Assembly: GCF_032062105.1 (NCBI RefSeq)
Contig: NW_026933053.1
Location: forward strand, 1 to 54,491
Direction: 5' to 3'
DNA: 54,491 bases
Source of the DNA: Saccostrea cucullata
Lineage: Eukaryota
Shown here: one piece after another, positions 13,101 through 25,100 of the stretch
Numbering within the stretch: the first letter of the stretch is position 1
Layout: each line of letters begins with the position of its first letter
Position numbers and translations under genes: made by a program
Notes under the pieces: model-generated
Database searches by the model: none
Seen by the model: only the letters and a program-made list of their open reading frames with translations
Told to the model about the DNA's origin: nothing

Positions 13101-16100
13101 TTGTATGCAAATTAGGTAGAATTGGATTTTGCTCATGTGCAGATTGTTAGTCTTTGTTAGGGAGGAAAATACTAACCAAAATGCACATGTGCAAAATTAT
13201 GCTCACCTCAATGCTCATGAGCAAAAGTCTATTCAATTTGCTCACCTAAGAACAGCCTAATTTAAGATATAGCATTGGTAGTGATTTTTCTAAGTTCAAT
13301 TTTCTCACGTGAGCAAGAGGTGAGCAAGAGGTGAGGAAATTGGACATAGTCAAAATTCAGTATTACAAGTAGAACCAAAACCAAAGATTTAGAAGTCTCA
13401 ATTCCTCACGTGAGGCTCACGTGAGGAAATACAATACTCTGACACTCTATGTGGTCCAAGCTTTTCCAAGACTTTATTACAAATTGACCATGTGTTAAGT
13501 GTTAACACTTCCTGCTGATAGCATCACAAATGATTGGGGACCAGGCAGGAATATCTTAATTTCTTGAGCTTCTAATCTTTATCTCCCATCAATTTGAAAA
13601 TGCTTTCCTCTACTTAAACAACCTGTTGTGTCCCCCACTGTTACTTAAGGTGGGGCAGTATCCAATGAGGAGAGCCAGTTAGGATTTGTGCGCCTTCTAA
13701 GACCAGTTCAAAATTTCAATACAAAATGTGAGGGACATTGAAAGTATATGGATTAATACAGTGAAGGACTGAAATATGCTTTTGGAAATACATGTCATAA
13801 CAATATTGAACTAGATGCCAACCTTTAAGAGTTACAAATGTATCCAGTATGTCCATGGGATGAGGAAATGATTAAAGATCAATTAGACATTACCATGCTG
13901 GTGCAGCCACAATGAAGGAAAATTTCAAAGATTTGCTGATCTGAGAATAGGGTAAGTGCTTTGAAATTTATTATCCCCCCTCTCATTTCAGATATTACTA
14001 ATTTAAAAAAAATATGTATAAATGTTAATTATCAGCTAGTGTATTTAAGTTTGATACATTTAATGCAGAATATGTTATCAGGCATTTAACAGTTTAATTA
14101 AGAACTATAAATATGGTAAGAACAGATTATATTAGGTCAGAGTGTACAATTGACAGCCTCAGTGTGGTATTCCATGAATTACAAGTATTTAAGTTGCCAA
14201 TTAAATATTGATGCATACCCGGTATGATTTTTCTATTGCATGACTGGCTTTTCATCATCATGACAAACGGATCGAACCTTGAAAATATACTAACTTATTA
14301 TAACTTCAAATTTTTTGCAGATAAAAGTTGGAATCAAAGGATCTGCAGATTAATCAGGGACCCTAGCTGTCTGTGTGTGTAGTAGCTCAGAGCTTGCATA
14401 CATGATGGAGTTCTGATGTTGGCACTCATTTAAAGGAAATGCAAGGAAAAAGAATGGAACAGGATGAATTGATTATGATTCTATGACCACTGGATTATTA
14501 TTTTAAACCCAAGTATGACTGCCATTCATAAATTCAGCAAAGGCAAAAACATCTACTTAGCCTCCAAGACAACTTAAAACCATCTAGCACTAGTGCAGTC
14601 AAAAATGTTGACTGGACATTAACATTGGATGTTCTATCTTAATCTACTGGAAATGGAACTATTGGATAATAATTCTTTGATTGATGTGTACTGTACATAA
14701 TTATAATAATTCAATTTAAATTTTAATTTCATTTTAAGTTTAAAAGATGAAGTTCACTGAACATAATTATGCATGCATCTATTTACATGTACATGTTGCT
14801 CAAGAGTATTTAAAATGTAATTGATGAATCACATTTTAGAATTACATAATTATATAATGTTTGTAATCTGAATTTTGTTATTGTTGCTTGTTCCAAGTGA
14901 GCAATTGTTGCACATGAGTCTCATGAGCCTCATGAGACTCATGTGAGCAATATTCTAGGTGAGCAAAATGATTCCTCACGTGAGCAAAAAATGCTAATGT
15001 GCAGAACCCTGCTCACGTGAGCATTTCACCTCATTTGCATGTTAAATTGCACATGAGACTCACGTGAGCAACTCAGGTGAGGAAATCTGGTTAGTCCTCA
15101 CGTGAGCTGCTCATGAGCAAATTGTGAGAATAGTTTGGTATGGGTTACCTACAGCACTGGCTTTTGAATGAATGATTTGTTTATGATCAAGTTTAACATC
15201 TGTACAACATCTATTATTCTGACAAAGTCATATTTAGCTCTTAATAAGCCTTATACTCATTTTCTGTGAAAAAGGTTCATTCTCTATAAGGCCATTTTCC
15301 GGCCTACGATAAAATCACTTTAAAATGTGATTTTATATAACTTTAATCATTCTAGTTCATGATTTTGATGTTTGGTTTTCAACATCGATCATCTAAGTCA
15401 CGTGATTTCGAGATAAAAAATGGCTGTCAGTTAAAGAAAAATTGAGGGTAGGTCTATTTAAATCAAGTTTCTATGCATGTTTCTGAATGTAAATGATCAA
15501 AAATTGTTTATTTATGTCGGAAATACATCAGACCTAAGTAATAAATTCGAAGATTTTTTAAATTTAAGGTTTAAGATATTTTTTTTTGACAAGAATTCTA
15601 ATGCATCCATATTTTGCATATTTTGAACGTAAATCTTTACGAAATTCACACTGTAAGGTGCTGAAAAAAGTTTGATTTGAAATTTATTGAAGAGTATTAC
15701 ATCATATATTATTATATTGTAATTGTACATCATTTCTATAGATGTGGTACTTATTTTAAGCATAAAATAACCATGTTAGAAATGAGGTTTCTTATTTTCT
15801 ATTGAACTCTAAAAGTTATGTATCAAATGTTAAAAGCACTGAATGGATTTGATTGTGATTAAATAAAACTGAAGTAGTAATTAAGAAAAGAAATTCAACA
15901 ATTGCAAAAAAATTAAGAATTAACAGCATAAGAATATCAATGAAAGTACATGTTGACTATCCATATACATGTAAATAGTCAATACATACAACTCAGAGCG
16001 GTTGCATTAAAATATACATCTCTGAGTAAAATGAAATAGCGTTGTAAAATGGCTTTGCTTTTATTCAATTACTCGTGCTGCACGATATATTCAATCAAAA

Positions 16101-19100
16101 ATCCTTCTTAACTTAATGTACTTACATGTATAAAAGTTGACCCCCCCCCCCCCCCCCCCCCCCGTGTCTAACGGCACAACATAAAATGGAGCAGAATTTT
16201 AACAGTTCCTTCAATTATGCATATCAGATTCTGAAGTTTTCGTATATACTAGTATACGGACTTAAGAGTTCTACAACATCCCAGGTACAAAATGGACCCT
16301 TAGGATTTAATGCTCCTTTCCCATCCTTGAAACCTCTAGGTTAAATTCAGTCTCTTTCCTAGTGCACTTGTTTAACACGGATAATGAGAGTTCCCTACCT
16401 AAGTCTTTAGCATTTAAAATAAATGTCATCGGTCGTTTGGATATTTTTTTTTACAAGAAAAGGTCCCGTCCTGCGTTGGGCGTTGGTTATTAATGCAACT
16501 ATGCATAAACACTTAACCTTAAGTGGATGGTTTCTTTATCTGGTTGAAAAACCCTTTAATGGGGTAAAGAAACATTCATTTAATAATCACAATGACATGA
16601 TACATTTAGGAATCCCCCTCCACTTTACCAATTTATTTTCTAAGACAGGACTAATGTTATCGTAACTTATGTCAATGAGTCCTCTCAATATTAAGACCCA
16701 GTTAACAAAATATGGATCAAATGATACCCTTATGGAAGTTTCCATATAAAAATGTTGTGTGTACCCATAGGAAAAAAAGTCAATAATACAAATAATAAAT
16801 GCATGTAACAAAGATTGCTTTCATCATTTCTAGAACATAGATAGTACTCATAAGGAAATACAAAGAATATTTGCAGAACTCATAATGAAGTTCAAAGAAA
16901 TAGCATATATAGATATACTAAACTATCATTATAAATATAAAAGATAACTCCTCTTCTCACCTTATATTCGATAAAAAGTTCTTATTTCTTAATTTTTATT
17001 AGACATTTCAGAGAAACGTCTCCACTTTTAATTTCATGACATCCAGTCTTCTCAGTCCTTTGATTTTTAGATTTTTAAATAAAAAGTTCACTTTTTTTTT
17101 AGTAAATATGCATGGCTGATATAAATCATAGTAAATCAACAGAAAACTGTAATATAACCAAAAATTTATAAAAAGAAATAATCTACATAAGCTGATATCC
17201 TTCATTGTGAGTAGTTAGCTTCTTCTACAAATATCGTAAAAATGAAGTGAAAAGTTTTTATTTAGATGTCATAACCACCTTTAACCAAATTCATAATTTG
17301 GCAGTCACTTTTTATGTTTATAACAAATTTACATGCAAATTTTGGTGTTGGTTAAAGGTGGTTATGACATGCGTATGAGTTATCTAACACAGCCACCCTC
17401 TTGATTTTTCCCATTACTCTAATGCTAATACCGACCGATAGTACCTTACTTTGTGACCCTATATCATTAAAAATACTATTGTTTCATTTACCAACCAATA
17501 TTTATCATAAAACTGGAACATAAGACTAGTGATTCATGCAATTTTTAAGGGAAAAAATACTTTCTGAAAATTTGAAGTCATTGTAGGCCGCAAAACGGCC
17601 TTATAGAGAATGATCCTTTATTTGTGTATTTATCTGCATTGAATACTGGTCTGTGACCTAAAATATACATGTTTTACTTAAAAGTAGACTCACTGTAATG
17701 CCTTTTTCTCCAGTTCTATTTCTAAATTTTTGGCCTCTAAAATCTCTAATTTGTCTTTTAGTCGCTCCACCACATGTGTGCTTTTCTTCTTGTACTAAAT
17801 AAAGAGAGAACATAAATCTAAATATTCAACAAGAAATAACATGTAACTGATGCAAATGAAAGCGATGCATATACAAAGACAATTTTAAGGTAAACAATTC
17901 TATATTTCTCACAAAGATTTACACAATTTTTAAAAGATTTTAACATGAGCCAAGAATGCAATAAATATTTTAATAACTGCAGATTAAAAAAATGACATTT
18001 GAATTTTAAATATCTGTACTGGAAATGTTTCCTAAATTTTTAAAAATTGTACGGGAATATTTTCCCTTTGCGATGTTACTTTTTCATCATGTAGAGTGAG
18101 CATGACTCCCTCCTTTTTGTAGGCCGTGAGTGCCCTCTGGTATTTGCCGTGGACTCACCTTTTTATACGTTGTGAGCACACTCTGGTATTTCCTGTGGAC
18201 TCACCTTTTTGTAGGCTGTGAGTGCCCTCTGGTATTTGCCGTGGACTCACCTTTTTATAGGCTGTGAGCGCCCTCTGGTATTTCCCGTGGACTCACCTTT
18301 TTGTAGGCTGTGAGTGCCCTCTGGTATTTGCTGTGGACTCACCTTTTTATAGGCTGTGAGTGCCCTCTGGTATTTCCCGTGGACTCACCTTTTTATAGGC
18401 TGTGAGTGCCCTCTGGTATTTCCCGTGGACTCTCCTTTTTATAGGCTGTGATCGCCCTCTGGTATTTGCTGTGGACTCACCTTTTTATAAGCTGTGAGCG
18501 CCCTCTGGTATTTGCCGTGGAGTTCCTTTAGCTGCCCCTGTAGGTCCTGTAATCTGTGATCCACCTGAGCCTTCTCTTCCGTGAAAGCGCTCCTCTGCTG
18601 CATCAGTATGATGTCGTGATTGTCCTGTACCTTCTTCAGCTGACCCTTGGTCAACTTAATCTCCTCCCGGAGCAGTTCCACCTGATTTCTCAGCCGTAAA
18701 TTGTCATCTGTCATATCCTGCTCATTTCCAAGGTAGGCGTTGATTTCAGTCTCCAGTTTGGAGATTTTACTTTTTAAGTCGGAGTTTTCACTGCGTTCCC
18801 GCTCTATTTGGTTCTGTAGAGAATTCTGATGGTCAACCTTACTCCTAAAAAAAATAATGTTAATAAATTATACAATACCTCATATCACTTGCATCTATTC
18901 ATCGCATAAATCTCCTCTTTTCTGTGACTCACTTTACAGTTATATTTTTTTCCCTCCCTTTTATGACTTGTGTTAAGAAAAGGAATTCTTTCCCTTTCTT
19001 TGTTTAAGACAAGACCAGAAGTTCCCTCCCTTATATGATTTATGCTAAAACTAAAGTTCTCTTGCATGACTTATGTCAAGATCAGGAGTTCTCTCCCTTT

Positions 19101-22100
19101 ATAACTTACTTTAAGACTAGAAGTTCCCTCTCTGCCGTTTCCTTTGCATCGTTTGCTGCTCGGATCCGCTCCTCCATTTTCTCTTTCTCCGCGTGTTTGT
19201 AGGCTTCCTGGTCAATCTTCCTCCTGTCTATTTCCTGCAGCTTTGTCTCTAATGCCAGTCTGTAAATGTCAAGAGAAACTTTTGTCACATACTGTACCAT
19301 GTCAAAACAGTTTATAAACTTTTGTCATATACTGTACCATGTCAAACAGCTGATATACTTTTGTCACAAACTGTACATGTACATTGTAAAATGCAACTGA
19401 TACTTTTCCTCAGCCAACTTAATAAATAAATTTACCCTGAAATACTCTTTACTATCATAAGAAATTGGATTGCATATTGTCCATCCATGTTCTCTATTCC
19501 ACTTATCATAAAAGCAGTGGCCTTATATGTAAAGCTAATCAGTCAAAACTAATACCAGCTCAACCTACTTCTAATTCATTATGACCCGCTGTGTTCTGGT
19601 CAGTGTGTGACTTACTTCTCACTCTCCACACCAGTCAGTTTGTGACTTACTTCTCACTCTCCACACTGGTCAGTTTGTGACTTACTTCTCACTCTCCACA
19701 CCAGTCAGTTTGTGACTTACTTCTCACTCTCCACACCAGTCAGTTTGTGACTTACTTCTCACTCTCCACACCAGTCAGTTTGTGACTTACTTCTCACTCT
19801 CCACACCAGTCAGTTTGTGACTTACTTCTCACTCTCCACACTGGTCAGTTTGTGACTTACTTCTCACTCTCCACACCAGTCAGTTTGTGACTTACTTCTC
19901 ACTCTCCACACTGGTCAGTTTGTGACTTACTTCTCACTCTCCACACCAGTCAGTTTGTGACTTACTTCTCACTCTCCACACCAGTCAGTTTGTGACTTAC
20001 TTCTCACTCTCCACACCAGTCAGTTTGTGACTTACTTCTCACTCTCCACACTGGTCAGTTTGTGACTTACTTCTCACTCTCCACACTGGTCAGTTTGTGA
20101 CTTACTTCTCACTCTCCACACCAGTCAGTTTGTGACTTACTTCTCACTCTCCACACTGGTCAGTTTGTGACTTACTTCTCACTCTCCACACCAGTCAGTT
20201 TGTGACTTACTTCTCACTCTCCACACCAGTCAGTTTGTGACTTACTTCTCACTCTCCACACTGGTCAGTTTGTGACTTACTTCTCACTCTCCACACTGGT
20301 CAGTTTGTGACTTACTTCTCACTCTCCACACTGGTCAGTTTGTGACTTACTTCTCACTCTCCACACTGGTCAGTTTGTGACTTACTTCTCACTCTCCACA
20401 CCGGTCAGTTTGTGACTTACTTCTCACTCTCCACACCGGTCAGTTTGTGACTTACTTCTCACTCTCCACACCAGTCAGTTTGTGACTTACTTCTCACTCT
20501 CCACACTGGTCAGTTTGTGACTTACTTCTCACTTTCCACACCAGTCAGTTTGTGACTTACTTCTCACTCTCCACACCAGTCATTTTGTGACTTACTTCTC
20601 ACTCTCCACACTGGTCAGTTTGTGACTTACTTCTCACTCTCCACACCAGTCAGTTTGTGACTTACTTCTCACTCTCCACACCAGTCAGTTTGTGACTTAC
20701 TTCTCACTCTCCACACCAGTCAGTTTGTGACTTACTTCTCACTCTCCACACCGGTCAGTTTGTGACTTACTTCTCACTCTCCACACCAGTCAGTTTGTGA
20801 CTTACTTCTCACTCTCCACACCAGTCAGTTTGTGACTTACTTCTCACTCTCCACACCGGTCAGTTTGTGACTTACTTCTCACTCTCCACACCAGTCAGTT
20901 TGTGACTTACTTCTCACTCTCCACACCAGTCAGTTTGTGACTTACTTCTCACTCTCCACACTGGTCAGTTTGTGACTTACTTCTCACTCTCCACACCAGT
21001 CAGTTTGTGACTTACTTCTCACTCTCCACACCAGTCAGTTTGTGACTTACTTCTCACTCTCCACACCAGTCAGTTTGTGACTTACTTCTCACTCTCCACA
21101 CCAGTCAGTTTGTGACTTACTTCTCACTCTCCACACTGGTCAGTTTGTGACTTACTTCTCACTCTCCACACCAGTCAGTTTGTGACTTACTTCTCACTCT
21201 CCACACCAGTCAGTTTGTGACTTACTTCTCACTCTCCACACCAGTCAGTTTGTGACTTACTTCTCACTCTCCACACCAGTCAGTTTGTGACTTACTTCTC
21301 ACTCTCCACACCAGTCAGTTTGTGACTTACTTCTCACTCTCCACACCGGTCAGTTTGTGACTTACTTCTCACTCTCCACACCAGTCAGTTTGTGACTTAC
21401 TTCTCACTCTCCACACTGGTCAGTTTGTGACTTACTTCTCACTCTCCACACCGGTCAGTTTAACAAACTCCTCCTCCCTGGCGGCCTGGACACGCCGGAC
21501 AGCGTCCCTCTCTTTCTCCACCAGAGCCCGTGCCTGCTGGTCAATCGTGTGTTTGTTTATCTCCAACTTGGTCTGCAAATCTGAAGAAAAAAGATGTTTT
21601 TGTGTGAAACACTGATGCCCCCATAGGGCAGCTTATGGCAAGGGTTGAAGTTTCTAAATTGTAAGTAAAACTCCAAAGGTAAAGGTCAAAGTTGTTGGTG
21701 GCCATAGGAAGGTCCTGTCACAAGGAATACATCCAAGGAAAACATTCAAGGAATAGATTAAAAAGGTAAAGTGGGTAGGCAGCATAACATGGCTTAGTAC
21801 AGTATTCTTCTCAACCAATGAAATTTCAAGATTATCATAGAAGGGTTAGGTATAACATGACCTCCCATTAAGTTATTTGGAGAGTTTATGTAGGTCCCGC
21901 AACTACAATTTTCAGCTTGTGTGAACTTTTAATAACTACAAATATAACCTACCATCCACTACATTCAGAAGTTTGTCTCTCTCCCTCTCTAACTCTCCCC
22001 TCTGTTTTAACATGTCCATTTTGAGGTTGGTGAGGTCGACTTTGTTTTTGTGGGTCAGTTCCTCCAGTTTATTTTTATAGACGGCGTTCTCCTTCTCCAG

Positions 22101-25100
22101 TTCGTGGATCTGCCCGGTCAGTTTGTTATGGGTGTCCCCGGTCAGAGCTAAATCTCGCTGTAACTGGTCCAGCTGTCGGCGAAGGGACTCTCGCTCAGTC
22201 TGAAAATTATACAACAAACATTTTATTTCTATACGACAATAAACATTATTATACTTCTCCGAACTCTAATGTAAAACATATAGATTGAATACTGGACAGT
22301 AGTGAAGTTAAATAAAAACTCGACAAATTAACAAACTTAACTAATCTCTAGAATGTAGAACCGGTTTTTTTTTTAGGAAGGGGGGGGGGGGGGGACAGGG
22401 TTCCTTAAACTATGCCATAAAATGAAGTTGTAGCAATGTGTTAGATATGTAAACTGATAAAACAACTTTATAAATGTGGTAATTATTTGGCGAAGCAGTT
22501 ACATTTAAGGATACTTCTATTTTAAACTTTCAATATAATAACAAATATCACAAAACATGGGGAAAAGAATTCCTAAGCCAAAATCGCCAACATAAATTAA
22601 CACAAGTACAGTGTAACTTCAGATATCCGGACGCCAGATATCTGGCTGCTTCAGTATTCGGATATTTTTATCACAAGAACAGAATTTTTTAATGTTATCT
22701 TGTTTTACTTCACTGGTAATTCAGGTATCCGGACACTTAATATATCCAGACAAATTGACTAGGAACCAAAGCGTCCGGATAAATGTGGCTCCACTGTACC
22801 AGAATCAGTGGAAGACATGTTAACCTCAAGGCCCTTGACAGAAGCAGACAGCTCCGTGATCTGTTTGGCTTGTACATGGGTAATGTTGTCTGTCTGTAAG
22901 TGGGTGATATTGTCTGTCTATGACTTACCTCCAGGCCTTTGACAGAAGCAGACAGCTCCGTGATCTGTTTGGCTTGTACACGGGTAATGTTGTCGGTCTC
23001 GAAGCCCTGTTTTTCTCTCTGAGCGTGTAGCTCCTCCAGTTCCAGCGTTAGCGTCTTCAGTTTCAGCAGTAACTGTGCGTTCTCCTTCTGTAGGATCCGG
23101 ACACGCTCCGTGTCCTGACTGCTCTCCTCCCGCACCTTAGTGATGGTTGTCTCCCTTTCTTTACGTAGATTTGTAACCTGTTTGTAGAATTAATCATGAA
23201 AACCAAAGAAGTGAATGCCAATTATCATATCAATATATTGTTTTCACCTGAGTCTGTCATTATATGTGACATAAATTTAATGAATAAATGGAAAATGTAT
23301 CTTATGATATGTAAATTTGGAATTAGTTTTACTGCATTTTTTTTCAGTTCTTGGCACATACAAAAAACATGAAAATAGTAAAAATAATTTAAATGTTTAT
23401 ATTTTCTCACTAAATATCATATAAATATGGAACTGAACATATTAAAGGATTGGCAAAATACGGTACATATACCATGTATACAAAGTACCATAATTACTAT
23501 TCCCACATCCTAACATGCAGCCATACAATACTACCTTACTAATTTGTCGATATAATCCTTTAAGCTTTGTTGACGCGATCAGTTTGTACGTGATGTGGCT
23601 TACCTCTGCCTCGGCACTGAGTTTGTATTCCTCTATAATCCGCTGGTACTCGGCTTTCTGGGTCTCGTACTCGGACTGTGTGAAGGCCAGCGTGTGTTTT
23701 AACTGGTTACACAGCGTGCGGTATTCCTCCACCTCCTCCTCCTGTTTGTGATAACGCTCCTTGTAAATCTTCGATATTTCCTCCGTCACCTGGGTCCGTA
23801 TTATTTCTAGACGTTGGGGAGTGATGACCTGAAAAATTTATTTCAGTTCAATCAATGGTTATAGTAACAAACCTAAGTTTATCATAACTTGGAACAATTG
23901 CTAATTCAAATTTAAAATGTTACAAAGATTTATTTTTAAATACATCTTTTGTATGTTACAATACAGGATTTCGATAATAAAATAAAAAGTCTTGCACAGT
24001 TTACACGGTTTGGAAAACTTTAAAGAAATTCTGGTAAGAAAGTGAGAATACTTCATCAATCAGAGAAGACCAATTTCTTGCACAGTTTATATTGTTTAGA
24101 AAACCTTAAGGGAAAGCTCTGGTAAGAAGGTAAGAATTCTTCATCAGTCAAAGAAGACCACATATATAATTCTCACATGCAAATAGTTGGTTTACAGTAA
24201 ATGATGGTACTAATCAAAAAGTACACAATAAATAAATTAAATTCTACAGACAGGGTTTGACATTAAGGCACGTCCGACAGACTGAGTCTAGTAACAGATG
24301 GGTCCGGTCGGGTAAAATGTCTGTGTACTAGACCGACAGGTCGTGTAAGAAAAATAAAGGAACTTTATATATATTTTTAAACAAATTTATTATCAATGAA
24401 AGAAAGAAAATCAAAATGTTTCTAACCGCATAGTAGAAAGAAAACTACATAGGTAACAGACAGCATGACCGAAGTACTAAATATCATTGTAGGCATTCGC
24501 AACTACTCAGCCATTTTCTTAAAGAGAAACAATAAGCTAAGGAAATGGTTGAGAAGTTACGATTGTCATTGTCAGATTCACATTTAGGACATTGGTAAAC
24601 TGTGTAAATGGCAATAAAACTATATAACACATTTTTTACGATACTTAAATTCTCTGAACAATATTTATGGTATGGCACTGTATTAATATTGTATACAAGT
24701 TGATTAATTTAAGTTAGGACTAAACATACTCCAGCATGCTAGAGGTTCACGGCGAGATACTTTTGACTTGGCGCCGCGTAACCTCTAGCATCCATTGTAA
24801 AAATTCTCGCCGCTGAAACCCCAAGTGGAAATAAATTATTTTTATTAAGAAATAAGGCTTTGTATATTAACGAATGGTACGAAATAATAAATTCTCAATA
24901 TTTACGATAAAACTTACGCATAAAACACTGTTAACCTCTCGTATTAGCAATAAATCCATTATTTTTTAAATCGAAGCAGAAATTGAAACAAGTCGTCTGT
25001 TTAAAATTCGGAAATGGAATACAGAAAATCTGACGAAACGAAACTAGTGTAATGCAACGAAAATTTCGTTTTCTGACAAGCAATCCGCAAAATTGATGTG

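Noticed and set aside
19596-21460. CRISPR-like appearance of the 35-bp, 63-bp and 64-bp arrays
   Set aside because: There are no unique spacers or cas genes, the context is eukaryotic, and the units derive from host exons.
23989-24160. ~85-bp intronic duplication, and the ~40-bp repeats at 19278-19375
   Set aside because: They contain no exon sequence. They are small counter-examples showing that not every duplication spans a junction.
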